Shown here piece after piece: positions 39,401-50,218 of a DNA stretch of 64,000 bases (within the stretch, counting starts at the first letter, position 1; each line of letters opens with the position of its first letter). Source of the DNA: Tubulanus polymorphus (lineage: Eukaryota > Animalia > Nemertea); NCBI RefSeq assembly GCF_964204645.1, contig NC_134031.1, positions 2,046,001 through 2,110,000 on the forward strand. The letters run 5' to 3'. The notes beneath the pieces were generated by a model that was given only the letters and a program-made list of their open reading frames with translations, ran no database searches and was not told the DNA's origin. A program made the position numbers and the translations under genes.

Positions 39401-40424
39401 CGACTCACTGCGACGCGACTCACTGCGACCGCCAGCGACGATCGCGTCGCAACGACCAACCGACCTACGCTACCTTGCGACTGCCAGCGATGGGTTGCGA
39501 CTGCCAGCGACGCCAGTCACAATGAGTCGCACATGTTCTACTTTCTGCGACGCGACGCGACCGTCGCAACCGATCTACGCGCTCTTGCGACTGGGAGCAA
39601 CTAGTCGCACAGAGTCGCTGACAATCGCGTCGCAACCGACTTGCGTCCCCACTTGTGACGCAACGCGACGATCGCGTCGCGTCGCAAGGTCGACCTACGT
39701 CCGGCTTACATTTGCGTGTTCTATATATAAATGTGCTCATTTTTCAATCGAAGGCCCTTGTGTGGCGGGAGTTGTCGGATCGAAGATGCCCAGGTACTGT
39801 CTGTTCGGAGACACGGTGAACATGGCCTCCCGAATGGAGTCGCATGGCCTTCGTAAGTAAATAACTTGTATCTCGATTTCAAACATCAAATATCTTATAA
39901 GTTCCTGTTATCAAACAGCAGATTGCGTCGAGTTATCGCTCCGACTGCCCTGGAATTCACGTCATACTTTGGAGAGAGTTTATTGGGACCGCGAGATCCG
40001 AGGCAACCGTGCAGTCTACTCATTATAGAAATATACAAATATTGGCCCTATATCTATAGAGAATGCTCTTTATAATATTTCCAGCGTCTAAAGTGCACAT
40101 AAGCGAATCTACCAGAGATTTACTTTACTCCGAATCTGAATACACGATTTCTAATCGCGGCGAAGTTGAGATCAAGGTAATGTAGTTGTTGTCGGATAGA
40201 TGGCGCGAGCGGGGAACTCGAGATTGACTCGAGAAATTAGTCATCCAGTCGTTACTAGAAATGAAGATCGATCAGTGTTCGTTTGGTTGATTTTCATCGT
40301 CTTTTTCTTACAGGGAAAAGGCAAAATGAGGACGTATTTTTTGGAATCGAAGGCTAATCTTGAAGAGTTGTTGCCGTGTCACGGGGGCTGCGTGGTGCTT
40401 CCATTGGCTGAGATGTACTCGTAA
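36242..40424 (+). CDS. NIT-domain two-TM guanylyl cyclase, paralog B (NIT-GC family); 7 coding exons, 646 aa
   Basis: Hand-spliced GT-AG exons 36242-36419, 36752-37596, 38198-38675, 39185-39322, 39754-39852, 40085-40176, 40314-40424 total 1941 nt with consistent phases. TM1 [20 protein letters not shown]; HYLQKERD and DMGVERTLG; TM2 [20 protein letters not shown]; [14 protein letters not shown]; [42 protein letters not shown]. Colinear homology with paralog A. Confidence 0.95.
36752..37596 (+). CDS. NIT-GC paralog B exon 2 (TM1 + NIT)
   Basis: TTCCTTTTCAG|GT ... TTTCAG|GTAATT. Confidence 0.95.
38198..38675 (+). CDS. NIT-GC paralog B exon 3 (TM2, coiled helix, cyclase N-half)
   Basis: ATTGTAG|GTG ... 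TCAG|GTAAAC. Confidence 0.95.
39185..39322 (+). CDS. NIT-GC paralog B exon 4
   Basis: ATTTCAG|GT ... TCAG|GTACGG; [10 protein letters not shown]...LRAGLHS. Confidence 0.95.
39367..39708. mobile_element. GC-rich MITE with about 27-bp TIRs and internal TGCGAC/GTCGCA repeats, in NIT-GC B intron 4
   Basis: TAAGCCGGGCGTAAGCCGGCCTTGCGAC ... GTCGCAAGGTCGACCTACGTCCGGCTTA. Related terminal fragments at about 47036-47063 and 47131-47151. Confidence 0.75.
39754..39852 (+). CDS. NIT-GC paralog B exon 5
   Basis: TTTTTCAATCGAAG|GC ... C|GTAAGT; [33 protein letters not shown]. Confidence 0.95.
40085..40176 (+). CDS. NIT-GC paralog B exon 6; not in ORF track
   Basis: ATTTCCAG|CG ... AAG|GTAATG; [31 protein letters not shown]. 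Confidence 0.92.
40314..40424 (+). CDS. NIT-GC paralog B terminal exon 7
   Basis: TTTTTCTTACAG|GGA; [36 protein letters not shown]. Confidence 0.93.
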   Translation, partial: GKGKMRTYFLESKANLEELLPCHGGCVVLPLAEMYS

Positions 40425-40817
40425 AAAGAGTTTCGTAATCCATTCGGGGCCGAACTTGCAAGAATGCTCGCTAAGCGTGTGGTGGTAGATCGCTTAACTG
40501 TCAACGAATAAGGGTTAGAAAGCTATTTGGGATGTGAGGTACTAATGCGAAGTCAAAAGTAGTTCATTTTCAACTACTCCGACTGTGTAACCGGGTCTAG
40601 ATATTTGAGAACAATTTCCTATTTTGGGAATGTAACGTTTTTCTGGTATTTCATAAGTAGTTTATAGAAAATCACGTTGGGTAAAATATAAGTATATCTA
40701 ATAGTGTTGAATAGTTGAAAGGTAATGATGCTGTTGAATATTGTCTATCAAAAAGTTCAAAATGTTTTAGAATATTGTATGTTTCTCGTTTTTATCGTTT
40801 ACTATGTATCCACTATA

Positions 40818-40823
40818 AATAAA
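40818..40823 (+). terminator. Candidate polyadenylation signal for NIT-GC paralog B
   Basis: AATAAA about 400 nt after the stop, followed by GT-rich CGTTGTTTGT. Confidence 0.5.
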
Positions 40824-41572
40824 CGTTGTTTGTATATGAAAACAAAACTCGTTGATATTTCATCAGATACTGGTGAAAACAATCATCTGAAGACAATCAG
40901 GTGGTTATTTCAAGCTATAATGATACAACTATGTCAGATATCCACATATATCTACAGTTGTGTGATGCTGTCGCCCCTGGAACAGGAGACAAATAAGAAA
41001 TCACGTCCTAAGTAAAAAAAATTTGATTAATTTCATACTGGATATAACGAACATATTTTCTGGTCCCTTGAAGTTCGCTGTAACGAGGTTCCACGGTAGA
41101 AACAATGACCCAACTTAATGGACTTAACATAGGTCATCTTCAATTGAGTTAGCATCTAGATTAAAGTAAACACCAGTCTTATGGAGAACTGAGCCAAGGA
41201 ATGCATGGACTTAGCGATGCTTTTATCGCGATCCTCCACCGACCACACAGGGTTTCACGGGGAAGTAAGGAAAAACCAACTCGCAATGATGATCGCGCCG
41301 TTCTGTATTAGCTAACAGCGAGGGGGGTCTTACACTTAATCTTAGACGATAATCAAGCCGTACAAGTCACATCAAGGTAATATCGTAATTATGGTTATTA
41401 GACACTGTTATCAAAGGCGTTCGTTCTTTGACGCTTCGTCTGAAATTACCGGCGTCAATTCGATGCCGGGCAATTTGTAACAGCAGCCGCTCACAGAGAG
41501 AACTAGAGAGAACTAGTCTGTCGTCTGCTAAACACACGTGTGCGACTACACGTTTAGTGTAGGTATCAATCT

Positions 41573-41793
41573 GAGGCCTGGGGTCCAGCCCACAGACACC
41601 CTGAAGCCTAAGTCAACGCCTCGGACACTCTGCAGCCTGGGTCCGACCCACAGACACTCTGCAGCCTGTGTTCAGCCCACGGACACTCTGCGGTAGCCTG
41701 GGTCCACCCCACGGACACTCTGCAGCCTGGGTCCAGCCCACGGATACTCTGCGGCAGCCTGGTCCAGCCCACAGACACTTTGCAGCCTGGACC
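41573..41793. repeat. GC-rich minisatellite, about 29-bp unit x 7
   Basis: GCAGCCTGGGTCCAGCCCACAGACACTCT variants. Confidence 0.9.
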
Positions 41794-43060
41794 CTGTGCC
41801 AATTAGACAATCGACCGCTTCATGACGACCCGCGTATGAAAACTCAAAACGGCCACTAGTCTAACTTAAGACGAAACGTTCCGTGGACAGTCGGGTGGAA
41901 GGCGAAAATATTTCTAAAAATTTGAAATATTCCTGTGCAGGTGATCGCGTTTACCTTCGAGGAAATGATACCAAAATGATACCAGAAATATCTAATGATG
42001 TATAAAGTTCTAGTTTAGTTGTAATAGTTTATCGTGGAATGCCCATCACATCCCCCCCCCCGTGTCGCTGTTTCACACTATTCGGAAAGGTCATCATACG
42101 TAATTTCGGTGTCGTAGATAGAAAATTTACTTCCATCTTTTTATTGGACTAGATGACAGACTGAACCGCCGAGCATTAGATTAGCGTTGTATATGCTACC
42201 GGCGCTGCGCACGCGGATTTTTTTCTTGCTACTGATACAAATAAAACCGACGCGTTTTGCATCTTCGACGGTGATCGTCTGTACGGACGATCCGTTAGTG
42301 GCGGTATCATCTTCAGGTAAATGCCGTCGCCGAATGGTTGTGAATTACCCCGGTATTACCCGCGTGTACGACCGTATTATGCGTCCTACTCGACACGGGG
42401 GACTCAGTACAGTCCACATTACTGCAATAATAATCCATAATTAATTAGGGTAACGTCGTATTTGAGGTTGTCGTCGAGAGTGTGAGTAAAGACAGCCAAT
42501 AACTACCAGGCGCTCGATCGCTTTTCAATGCGTACAAGACGGCGAAAAAACTGCGCGACGCATATCGTAAAAAACGTGACTTGGATGAACTTCTTATAAT
42601 GAGATTCAGATGACAGACGATATTTTTTGTTAGTTCTCTTTCAGCTCCGATCAGAATCGTGTTCTCTTTGGGTGCTGTATTTAGCGATCCAGCAATCAGT
42701 TCTTTTTCTTAAGTTGAAATGGGGAATTTTCCCTATCATCGATTAATTTGGATTTGATTTGAATACTGTATCGCTTACAGGTCGACGTCACCTGCCGGGA
42801 ACGGAACAGGTGGTTTGATTTTTAAATGGAAAGTCGAAGTAAACCGAGTCGGATGATCCGTCGAATTCATTGACATAACTTTGAAACATTCTTTTTCTTT
42901 TAAATCGAAGTACATAATTGGAGATTTCGGTTCTGGTTCTGGGCAAAAAGTCTTCCATCCAGACTGAACCGGCAAACGACTGGTCGGGGCCATGCAGTTT
43001 CACAGATGTGGCCCGGTTAGTTTGAAATCATTTTATCATGAACTATCACTTTTCACCATA

Positions 43061-43268
43061 AACGAATAAGAACCCGCAGTAGATTTGTAGAAACAGTTTA
43101 TTTCCTTACAGTTTCGAGGTGAAAACTAAACCTCATCTTCAGAGAAACAAAAAAAATATATTTGTTTGTTTTTCTTTTGTTTTGTTCCTCTAAGGTTTAG
43201 TTTTAACCTCGAAACTTAATGGAAATAAACTGTTTTTACAGATAGATCAACTGTGGGTTTTATTCGTT
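43061..43268. mobile_element. Hairpin/foldback MITE-like element (about 208 bp)
   Basis: Arms of about 70 bp: AACGAATAAGAACCCGCAGTAGAT..GTTTCGAGGTGAAAACTAAACCT versus AGGTTTAGTTTTAACCTCGAAAC..ATCAACTGTGGGTTTTATTCGTT. Confidence 0.7.
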
Positions 43269-45623
43269 AACTCTACACTGAGATTTATATCAGTTCACTT
43301 CAGCCACTTTTCACCATTCGCAGAATGAACTTATGGAAACGTCTTGAAAAGGAGTCAAACCTAGGATGGGTTTCCTCAATCGTAACCTGCTTTACTTTCT
43401 AAGAAATGGCACGTAACAAAGGATCGCGTTACTTTCGAATACGAAGAATTCTCGAATGCGTCTATTCGTCTTCGATTTCAAATCGAGTTACGGTTAACAC
43501 TATATACCGGCATACGGTTCGTCGTGTGTAAGTATTATTTCCACTGTTTTTTTTTTCTTATCGCCCGAAGAAGAACTTTCAACGCGCCAGTTCTAACCGA
43601 CTGATCGAATCGAGCCGCGCACCGATCCAAATTAAATTTGGCACCACCGTCGTAGAAAAAGCGGTATCGGTACCAATAATCACAAAATGGTGCCTGCGAC
43701 GACATCGCTGAACAGCGACAAACAGCGACGAGAATTTACGAGCGAAGAATCAGCAGCGATGAAAGAGCTCTCTGTAGTTAGTTATTACTTTATTTTTCGA
43801 CTCATTGACGAGGCGGCCGCATAGCCTGCCGTACGGTCGCGTGTGTAATCAGGAGATAACGCAGGCAAAGGGAACCTAATCACCGACCAAAAACCACGGC
43901 GCCGGCAAACTAACGCCGCGCTAACTAATCCCCTTACAGAAGAGAGGCAGGACGGTACTTGTTCGCCCGCGGCTGTCTGTATTCGCATCTATAAGCCCAC
44001 GATATACAACTCTTTCCTCCGAGTCTGACCGCGTGATGCAGATACGAAAAACTTCGTTTTTATACGGCTGCATGTTCCGGCCGAGTTTTCTGACTGTCAC
44101 CGCTGAAGGCGATTCTGCATCACTGCGCGGGGGGTCGGGAAAGAATGGCCGTCAACAACCTGACGCCACAATCGTCTAAATTATGCAACGTACGTCAAAA
44201 TGTCGCAGCAGCTAAACATGAAACGGTCTCTCAATCCGTAACGCGATCGAATCCGCCGTGAAATTGCGATCTATTTCTTTCGTTGCGATTTGAAATATTT
44301 TGTACGAACGCGGTGAATGCGCTTCGGTGAACTTATCAACGCGATAAACAATTCTTATTCGACTTAAATTATCGAAAGTCGAATACGTGTTGATCGATTA
44401 ACGAAAGTAATACGCATACAATAGTCATTAGATAATGGTTTTTAGCCGGGTTGTTTGCCAAGGGCGAAACCGTGTTTACATATAACCATTGATGAAACAC
44501 TCAGTTCGTGTTGTAACGACGATAAAACAACCCGTACTAAGAAATGAATCGGAAATGTTTCTTCGAGCTGATAGTTTATTCAATGTATCCTTTATTCCAC
44601 TCAGTCCATATCTTCAGGTTGCCCTCTTTATAGGATTAGTCGGAACGTCGAATAAATTACTAACTAAGGAATATATTTTCGACTCAGTTCTCATTCTGTT
44701 TTCTACCAGGGAAGTGCCCTCCTTATGTATTCACTCAATTTCGATTTGATTTGGTGTCCCTGTTTCGAAACACCACACCCGCCGGGAGCGAAACAGTAAC
44801 AGTATTTCATGAAACAATCGTGTTACAACAGTATTCGGAACCACCCACGTCTACGTCGCACCATGTTTTAGAAAGAGGGGCTTCACGCCTGCAGTTACGC
44901 AACAAAGTTCCTGGTCTCATCATCGTAATTATATGTGTCATGGGTGTATTTCCTGTGCGTTATTTTAATGAATTTCTGGGAAAAGGCATAAGCCAGAACT
45001 CGGTCGCTTGATCTGCAGGCAAGGTTAACAAACTCAGCAGTGCGTTAGTATAAAATGTAGCAATGCTCTAATGGCAAAAATCCACGAAAATTTTTCATTC
45101 ATGATCTGCCTTGAAAACGTCATTTATGATTAGGTCGCTAAATCGATTAATCGCAGATAAATGGGGTTCGAACCTAATTCACAACACGAGGTTGTTGCCG
45201 CGTCACCGTCCTATTTCACAAATTCATATCGCAAGATGGCCGCATCGAACTAGGAAGAGACAACCGACACACGATTAATTAACCACACGGCGTCATAATT
45301 CTAATGATTGATGATAAAATTGCGCGAAACACTGTCAGAATTCTAGTACAAACCGATTCAAATCTGTTGAAATATTCGTTCGTCTTTGAAGAGACAAAAA
45401 CCACCGTAAAAAAGTATCTCAATCGATCCGGAAACGGAAACGAGACGTCGATCCGAGCAAGAATTCTACGATATCCAGAAAATTTCGTCAAATTTCATGA
45501 AAAACATGATATACCTGTATAAAAAGGATATTGTCGTATTAATGTAGCCAACTGATTCTGCAACGTATTAACAAGAGGTTACAGATTACGGACCAGCGAT
45601 AGGGAACCATGACAGTATTTTTC

Positions 45624-45637
45624 CCACCAGATGGCGT
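45624..45637 (+). promoter_or_regulatory. CTCF-like motif
   Basis: CCACCAGATGGCGT; motif match only. Confidence 0.45.
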
Positions 45638-46230
45638 GACTAGTCGTCATTAGTTCTCAAAACAGATACTCCGTGACCAGCACCTTCAAGAAACCGTATC
45701 TGCCATAAATACTAATCCGATATACACTAACTTTAGGCAATATAAAAATGATATTAGGTTAGAGAAGTATATAATAGAACTTGGTGATGACTTAGGAACT
45801 AGTTTATTTGAATTTAGGGTCGAGTCCTATATTTTACCTGTGAACAATTTTCAAACCTTCACTAAGACAGAACCGATAGAACCGACCATTTTCTGTTTGA
45901 CTATACCTTACTTAACGAACAACGCAAAAACTTTTTGAATTTGAATACCTTTAATACCCTTGATATTCTGAAAAACCCAACGGTCAAATTAGCTAAATTC
46001 ATTAAGACCGGCTTAGATGTATATAGATCCCTCCAATAGTATATATAGTATTGTAAATAGTTGATGTATATAATAGTATATATAGTATTGTAAATAGTTG
46101 ATGTATATACATTTTGTTACGTTTTCATTCTCTAAATTTTAATCACTTCAGTGTTGTTTTGTAAATATTTGTATATACATGTGTAATAGTTTTCCTCCAT
46201 ATACCATGGAAATGGTTGGAGTGTAAATAA

Positions 46231-46266
46231 AATCGTAATCGTAATCGTAATCGTAATCGTAATCGT
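46231..46266. repeat. (AATCGT)6 microsatellite
   Basis: Direct reading. Confidence 0.9.
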
Positions 46267-49200
46267 AGTTCTCAGTAATTGATTTACTATGTAAATGCTA
46301 ATTATTTCTTCCATATACTCTGGAAATGCTTAGGAATATAAATAGATATTTTCTATTCTATTCTTAGTTCTCTGGATAGCGCGCTATTTTTCGGGCCTAT
46401 ACGAGACCCGGGGTCGATCACTGTCACTTCTTCATCGATAACCCGGGCAAACATACTCGATTCACTTTCCCGAGGTCGACGCGATCACCACAATAGCGTT
46501 CCCGAAGGTTCCCTATTAGAAAAAAAGGATCGAACTGCATCCGTATCAACCGTAATGCAATTTTCCGAAGTTCTATTTTTCAAAAATTCTATTTTTCAAA
46601 AAAATTCATCCGGTGTTTTTCAATCTAGATAATATTTATAGATATCGAAGCGAACGAGTCATTGGAACAATGATTAAATACACATACATTTTATTAAACA
46701 GAATCCTTGTGGCGTATTGGCACCGTCTTACGTCATCGTTTTTTGCCGTTCGAATATTTCTTTTAACGATCGGAATACAGAAAGTTAATCTCATTAGTGG
46801 TTAGAATTTAATTTACGAGGAAATAGGCCAACGGCAAAATCGAAACAGCGTTTAGTAAAAACGATCCTTTATTAAGTTTATCAACGTACAACCGCTTCAT
46901 TTACGAGATTGAAGTTTAATTAGTTATCCTCTCACTGATTTCCGTTTTCACAGTGTGATTGTGACCTTTTAAAGATAATATTTCGCGAGAATGTTGATTA
47001 AAATCTAAGTCGTCGACCTTTTTGTCGTATAGATATCGCAAGGCCGACCTACGCCCGGCCTTACAAATTCCAACCTATTTTGCAATCAATTTGATGATAT
47101 TCATGGAGGCAATCATAACAATCTCTTTCATAAGCCGGACTAAGGTCGGTCGGTTACCGATGCTGAGTTTTACAATAACTCATTATGATAATGATACGAA
47201 TAAAAAAAAAAACAAATCATCACGTAACATTCAGTTTATGATAGATTTTTCTGCAGGAACAACGTTTCTCGGATCTTGTCGATTGACGGTTGGTTCCGAT
47301 TTCAAACGAACGAATTAATTTCAGCGAAAGACAACAGTTAAAACAACGGCGCTGTGTGAGTGATAACGATAGCTTTGATGGCGAGCGAATGAAATATCGC
47401 TTGACGGCGAAGAAAAACCCGGCAATTACTTTACCAGTCTGCGTTTTTATTCCGAACCAGCCGAAATTGAAATCTGAATTGGAAATTGTTTTTGTTCTAT
47501 GTTCGTTAACCGCGAAATGATTGAAAGACTGACAACTATCCAACCCGAGGAACCATAAAATATATATTATTCATTTTCTTACATCAATATTTTATCGGTC
47601 AATACCGACATCAATAACTGCCCGATATATTTGTTAACGCGCGTAACGTCATCTTTCTATGGCCCGATTATCCGCATTCTGCGTCGCGACTTATTTCTAT
47701 AAATATTTCGGGTAGAAAGGACTCGGTGGTTGGTGCAGTTGTCGGTTGAGATTTTACTCCGGGGAAATCACCGAAAATGAACTCATTTTGACGCCCCCGG
47801 TTCATATTCAGTTTCGATCCGCGTCTGAGTTCAAAGTGCGTAAACCTACTCGCGTTGATCTGGCTGAATTCAAACAAACCCACACTGGATCCAGCGTCGA
47901 ATCAAACCAACACGGGCCTTGAGTCAATAATCCATACAACTGCGAACTGGGTTCAGCGGGTTCGTAATTAAATCACAAACAAAAAAAAAACAGAACAGAA
48001 AAAAACAGAAAAAAATCGTTCTTCCAATTCCCTCAAATATCAAAGAAACGTTTTTTCCCAAAACCACGGCGCAAAAAAATCAAAACTTGCGAACTGCAAA
48101 ATAATCTAGAAGCGTTGTACATTGATGGCAGGTAAACGCGCGTGCGGTGACAGCGACACATTGTCAATATCAGCGCGCGATTCCAAGGCAGCAGAGGAGA
48201 CAAGGCGGTAGCGACTCATTTTCATCCTTACAGATCGATCAAAGGTAAGACTAATTGCGCGCGCAATGTTACGCCGTTATTATAATTAATCACGCAAACG
48301 ATTGATAGCACTGGCAAGCGAGTTTATTTGAATTTCTTAGACCACATGACGAGTAATTTTGAGATACAAGCAGTAATTTCCGCTTCTCGAATTTGGTTCT
48401 GAAAATCAGTCCGGCTATACGCGACTTCGCTTCGAGGTGTCTTGTACTACTTAATGCGTTATTCTTTCAATTTTGCGATTGAATGCATTTTTAATTTGAA
48501 TTTCCTCCTGGGCGCAGATCGACCTTGCGTCGAAAAGGTATATCTTGTCACCGGTACACGGTTAACGGTGCTCATTTTAAAATCCGCCCAGAAATGATCA
48601 TGGATAGCTACAACCCTTTGTCGTTCGTTCAGAAAAATTATCGCATTATCGAACGAAACGCGATCAGAATATTTTTTTTATCATTTTCATCATCGTCATC
48701 ATCATCACTACCGCTCTGAAATTGGCTGCCGTAAGGTCTTATCTGGGGTAAACATAGCTACGACAATTGAAAAATTAACTCGCCCCGATTTTATCAGTTG
48801 GTAAAAAAAGGAGAGAAAACAGTAGACGTGTGACTGGTGGCGGTGCGTGACGGATTTGAATTATAACGGACACATTTCGTAATATTGTTGAGCTGCAGCT
48901 TTTTGTAGCAGAAGCTGTATATATCATTATTATACGTTTAATGTGTCAGGCGCATTTACGATTCAATACCACGAAACAAAACAAAAAATGAGCCCGATAA
49001 TGATCCCTTGAGCTGAAATTTATTTCAACGTTTTGACTTTATCCTAGTCATCTTCGGAAATATTGATAGTACTTAGAAGTTCATCCAGTTGTGGAAGTGG
49101 TGGTTGTATCAACAGTGGTCTCCGTCACTCTACGGTCCAGTTTACCCAAACACCCAGACACTTAGGTTCTAGTTGAACTAAGGCCCAGATCTATAAACAG

Positions 49201-49396
49201 GTACCGTACAGGCAAAATAGAGTGTCGTTGGAGTATAGTGGTTTGGACCTCCCAAGAGAATTTGAAAATTATTGATCATTTTCTGAGCATCTATAGGGCG
49301 ATTTTAGAACAAAATTACCATGCAACAATGTTTTCGTGGCAAAAAATAGAAGGCTCGGCCCAAATACGGAGGAAGCGCCTCCTTGGTTCACCGCTG

Positions 49397-49534
49397 GGGC
49401 CAGTTGTACAGTCGTGACCTACGTCCAAAAGTGGTCTTAAATCTTAAGACTGGTCTTAAGTTGTTAGATTGGCTATGGAACTAAGTTGGTCTTAGACTGG
49501 TCTTAAGTCTAAGCCATGACTATGCAACCGGCCC
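49397..49534. mobile_element. MITE family A (about 120-140 bp, GGGCCAGTTG TIR, CWG flanks; PIF/Harbinger-like)
   Basis: TIRs GGGCCAGTTGTACAGTCGTG / CATGACTATGCAACCGGCCC, flanked by CTG and CAG; internal TAAGACCAG/CTGGTCTTA repeats. Related copies at about 5081-5193, 11121-11297, 13715-13841, 30502-30624, 34470-34565, 34795-34933, 56192-56315; fragments at 16530-16790 and 23470-23700. Confidence 0.8.
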
Positions 49535-49537
49535 CAG

Positions 49538-49645
49538 GACCCAATTCCACAGTCGTGAGTTAGAGTTAACCCTGAGTTAAAGTTAGATCATTTTCAATGA
49601 CTTAACCCAGTGTCAAATCTTAACTCAGAACTGTGGAACTGGGCC
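49538..49645. mobile_element. MITE family B (about 80-110 bp, GACCCAGTTCCACAGT TIR)
   Basis: TIRs GACCCAATTCCACAGT / ACTGTGGAACTGGGCC, flanked by CAG and CTG. Related copies at about 12604-12690, 13845-13933, 17866-17948, 31666-31773, 59140-59235. Confidence 0.8.
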
Positions 49646-50111
49646 CTGTGTTTCTACATTTACTGTATACATTTTGTAAACTTGTGCGGGCATAGGTGGA
49701 TTTTTCCATTTCGTTTTTACTTTCGTTTCCTCCTGCACATAAATCTGTAATCGTAAACGTGTTATTTTGATGATTTTTCGTTTTTGTTTACGACGAAAAT
49801 CAGATAATGTTTGCTACGCGCATAACGTTGTATATTCGTGTATTCAACATTGATCATCAGACCAGACAGCGCCCGCGGGAAATTATATTACACTCACAAC
49901 CCTCTGAACGAAAACAACGATTATTGTTGTACGTTTTTTAAAACATTAGCCGAATTGATGCCGAAATTTTTTCTCAGTCAATTTATTTCCGAAATTTATG
50001 ATCTATATTAGTAGCGTGAATGCATATAAATGGTAATGGCGCTTTTAGGCGTCAACCCTAGCTCAATCGTGAATTTGTATGGATTATTAACCCTTCTTTT
50101 AGCGAGGCTTA

Positions 50112-50218
<107 letters not shown>

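Noticed and set aside
39332-39753. ORFs extending through NIT-GC B intron 4
   Set aside because: Open only because of the GC-rich MITE. The true exon starts at 39754, matching the 99-nt paralog exon.
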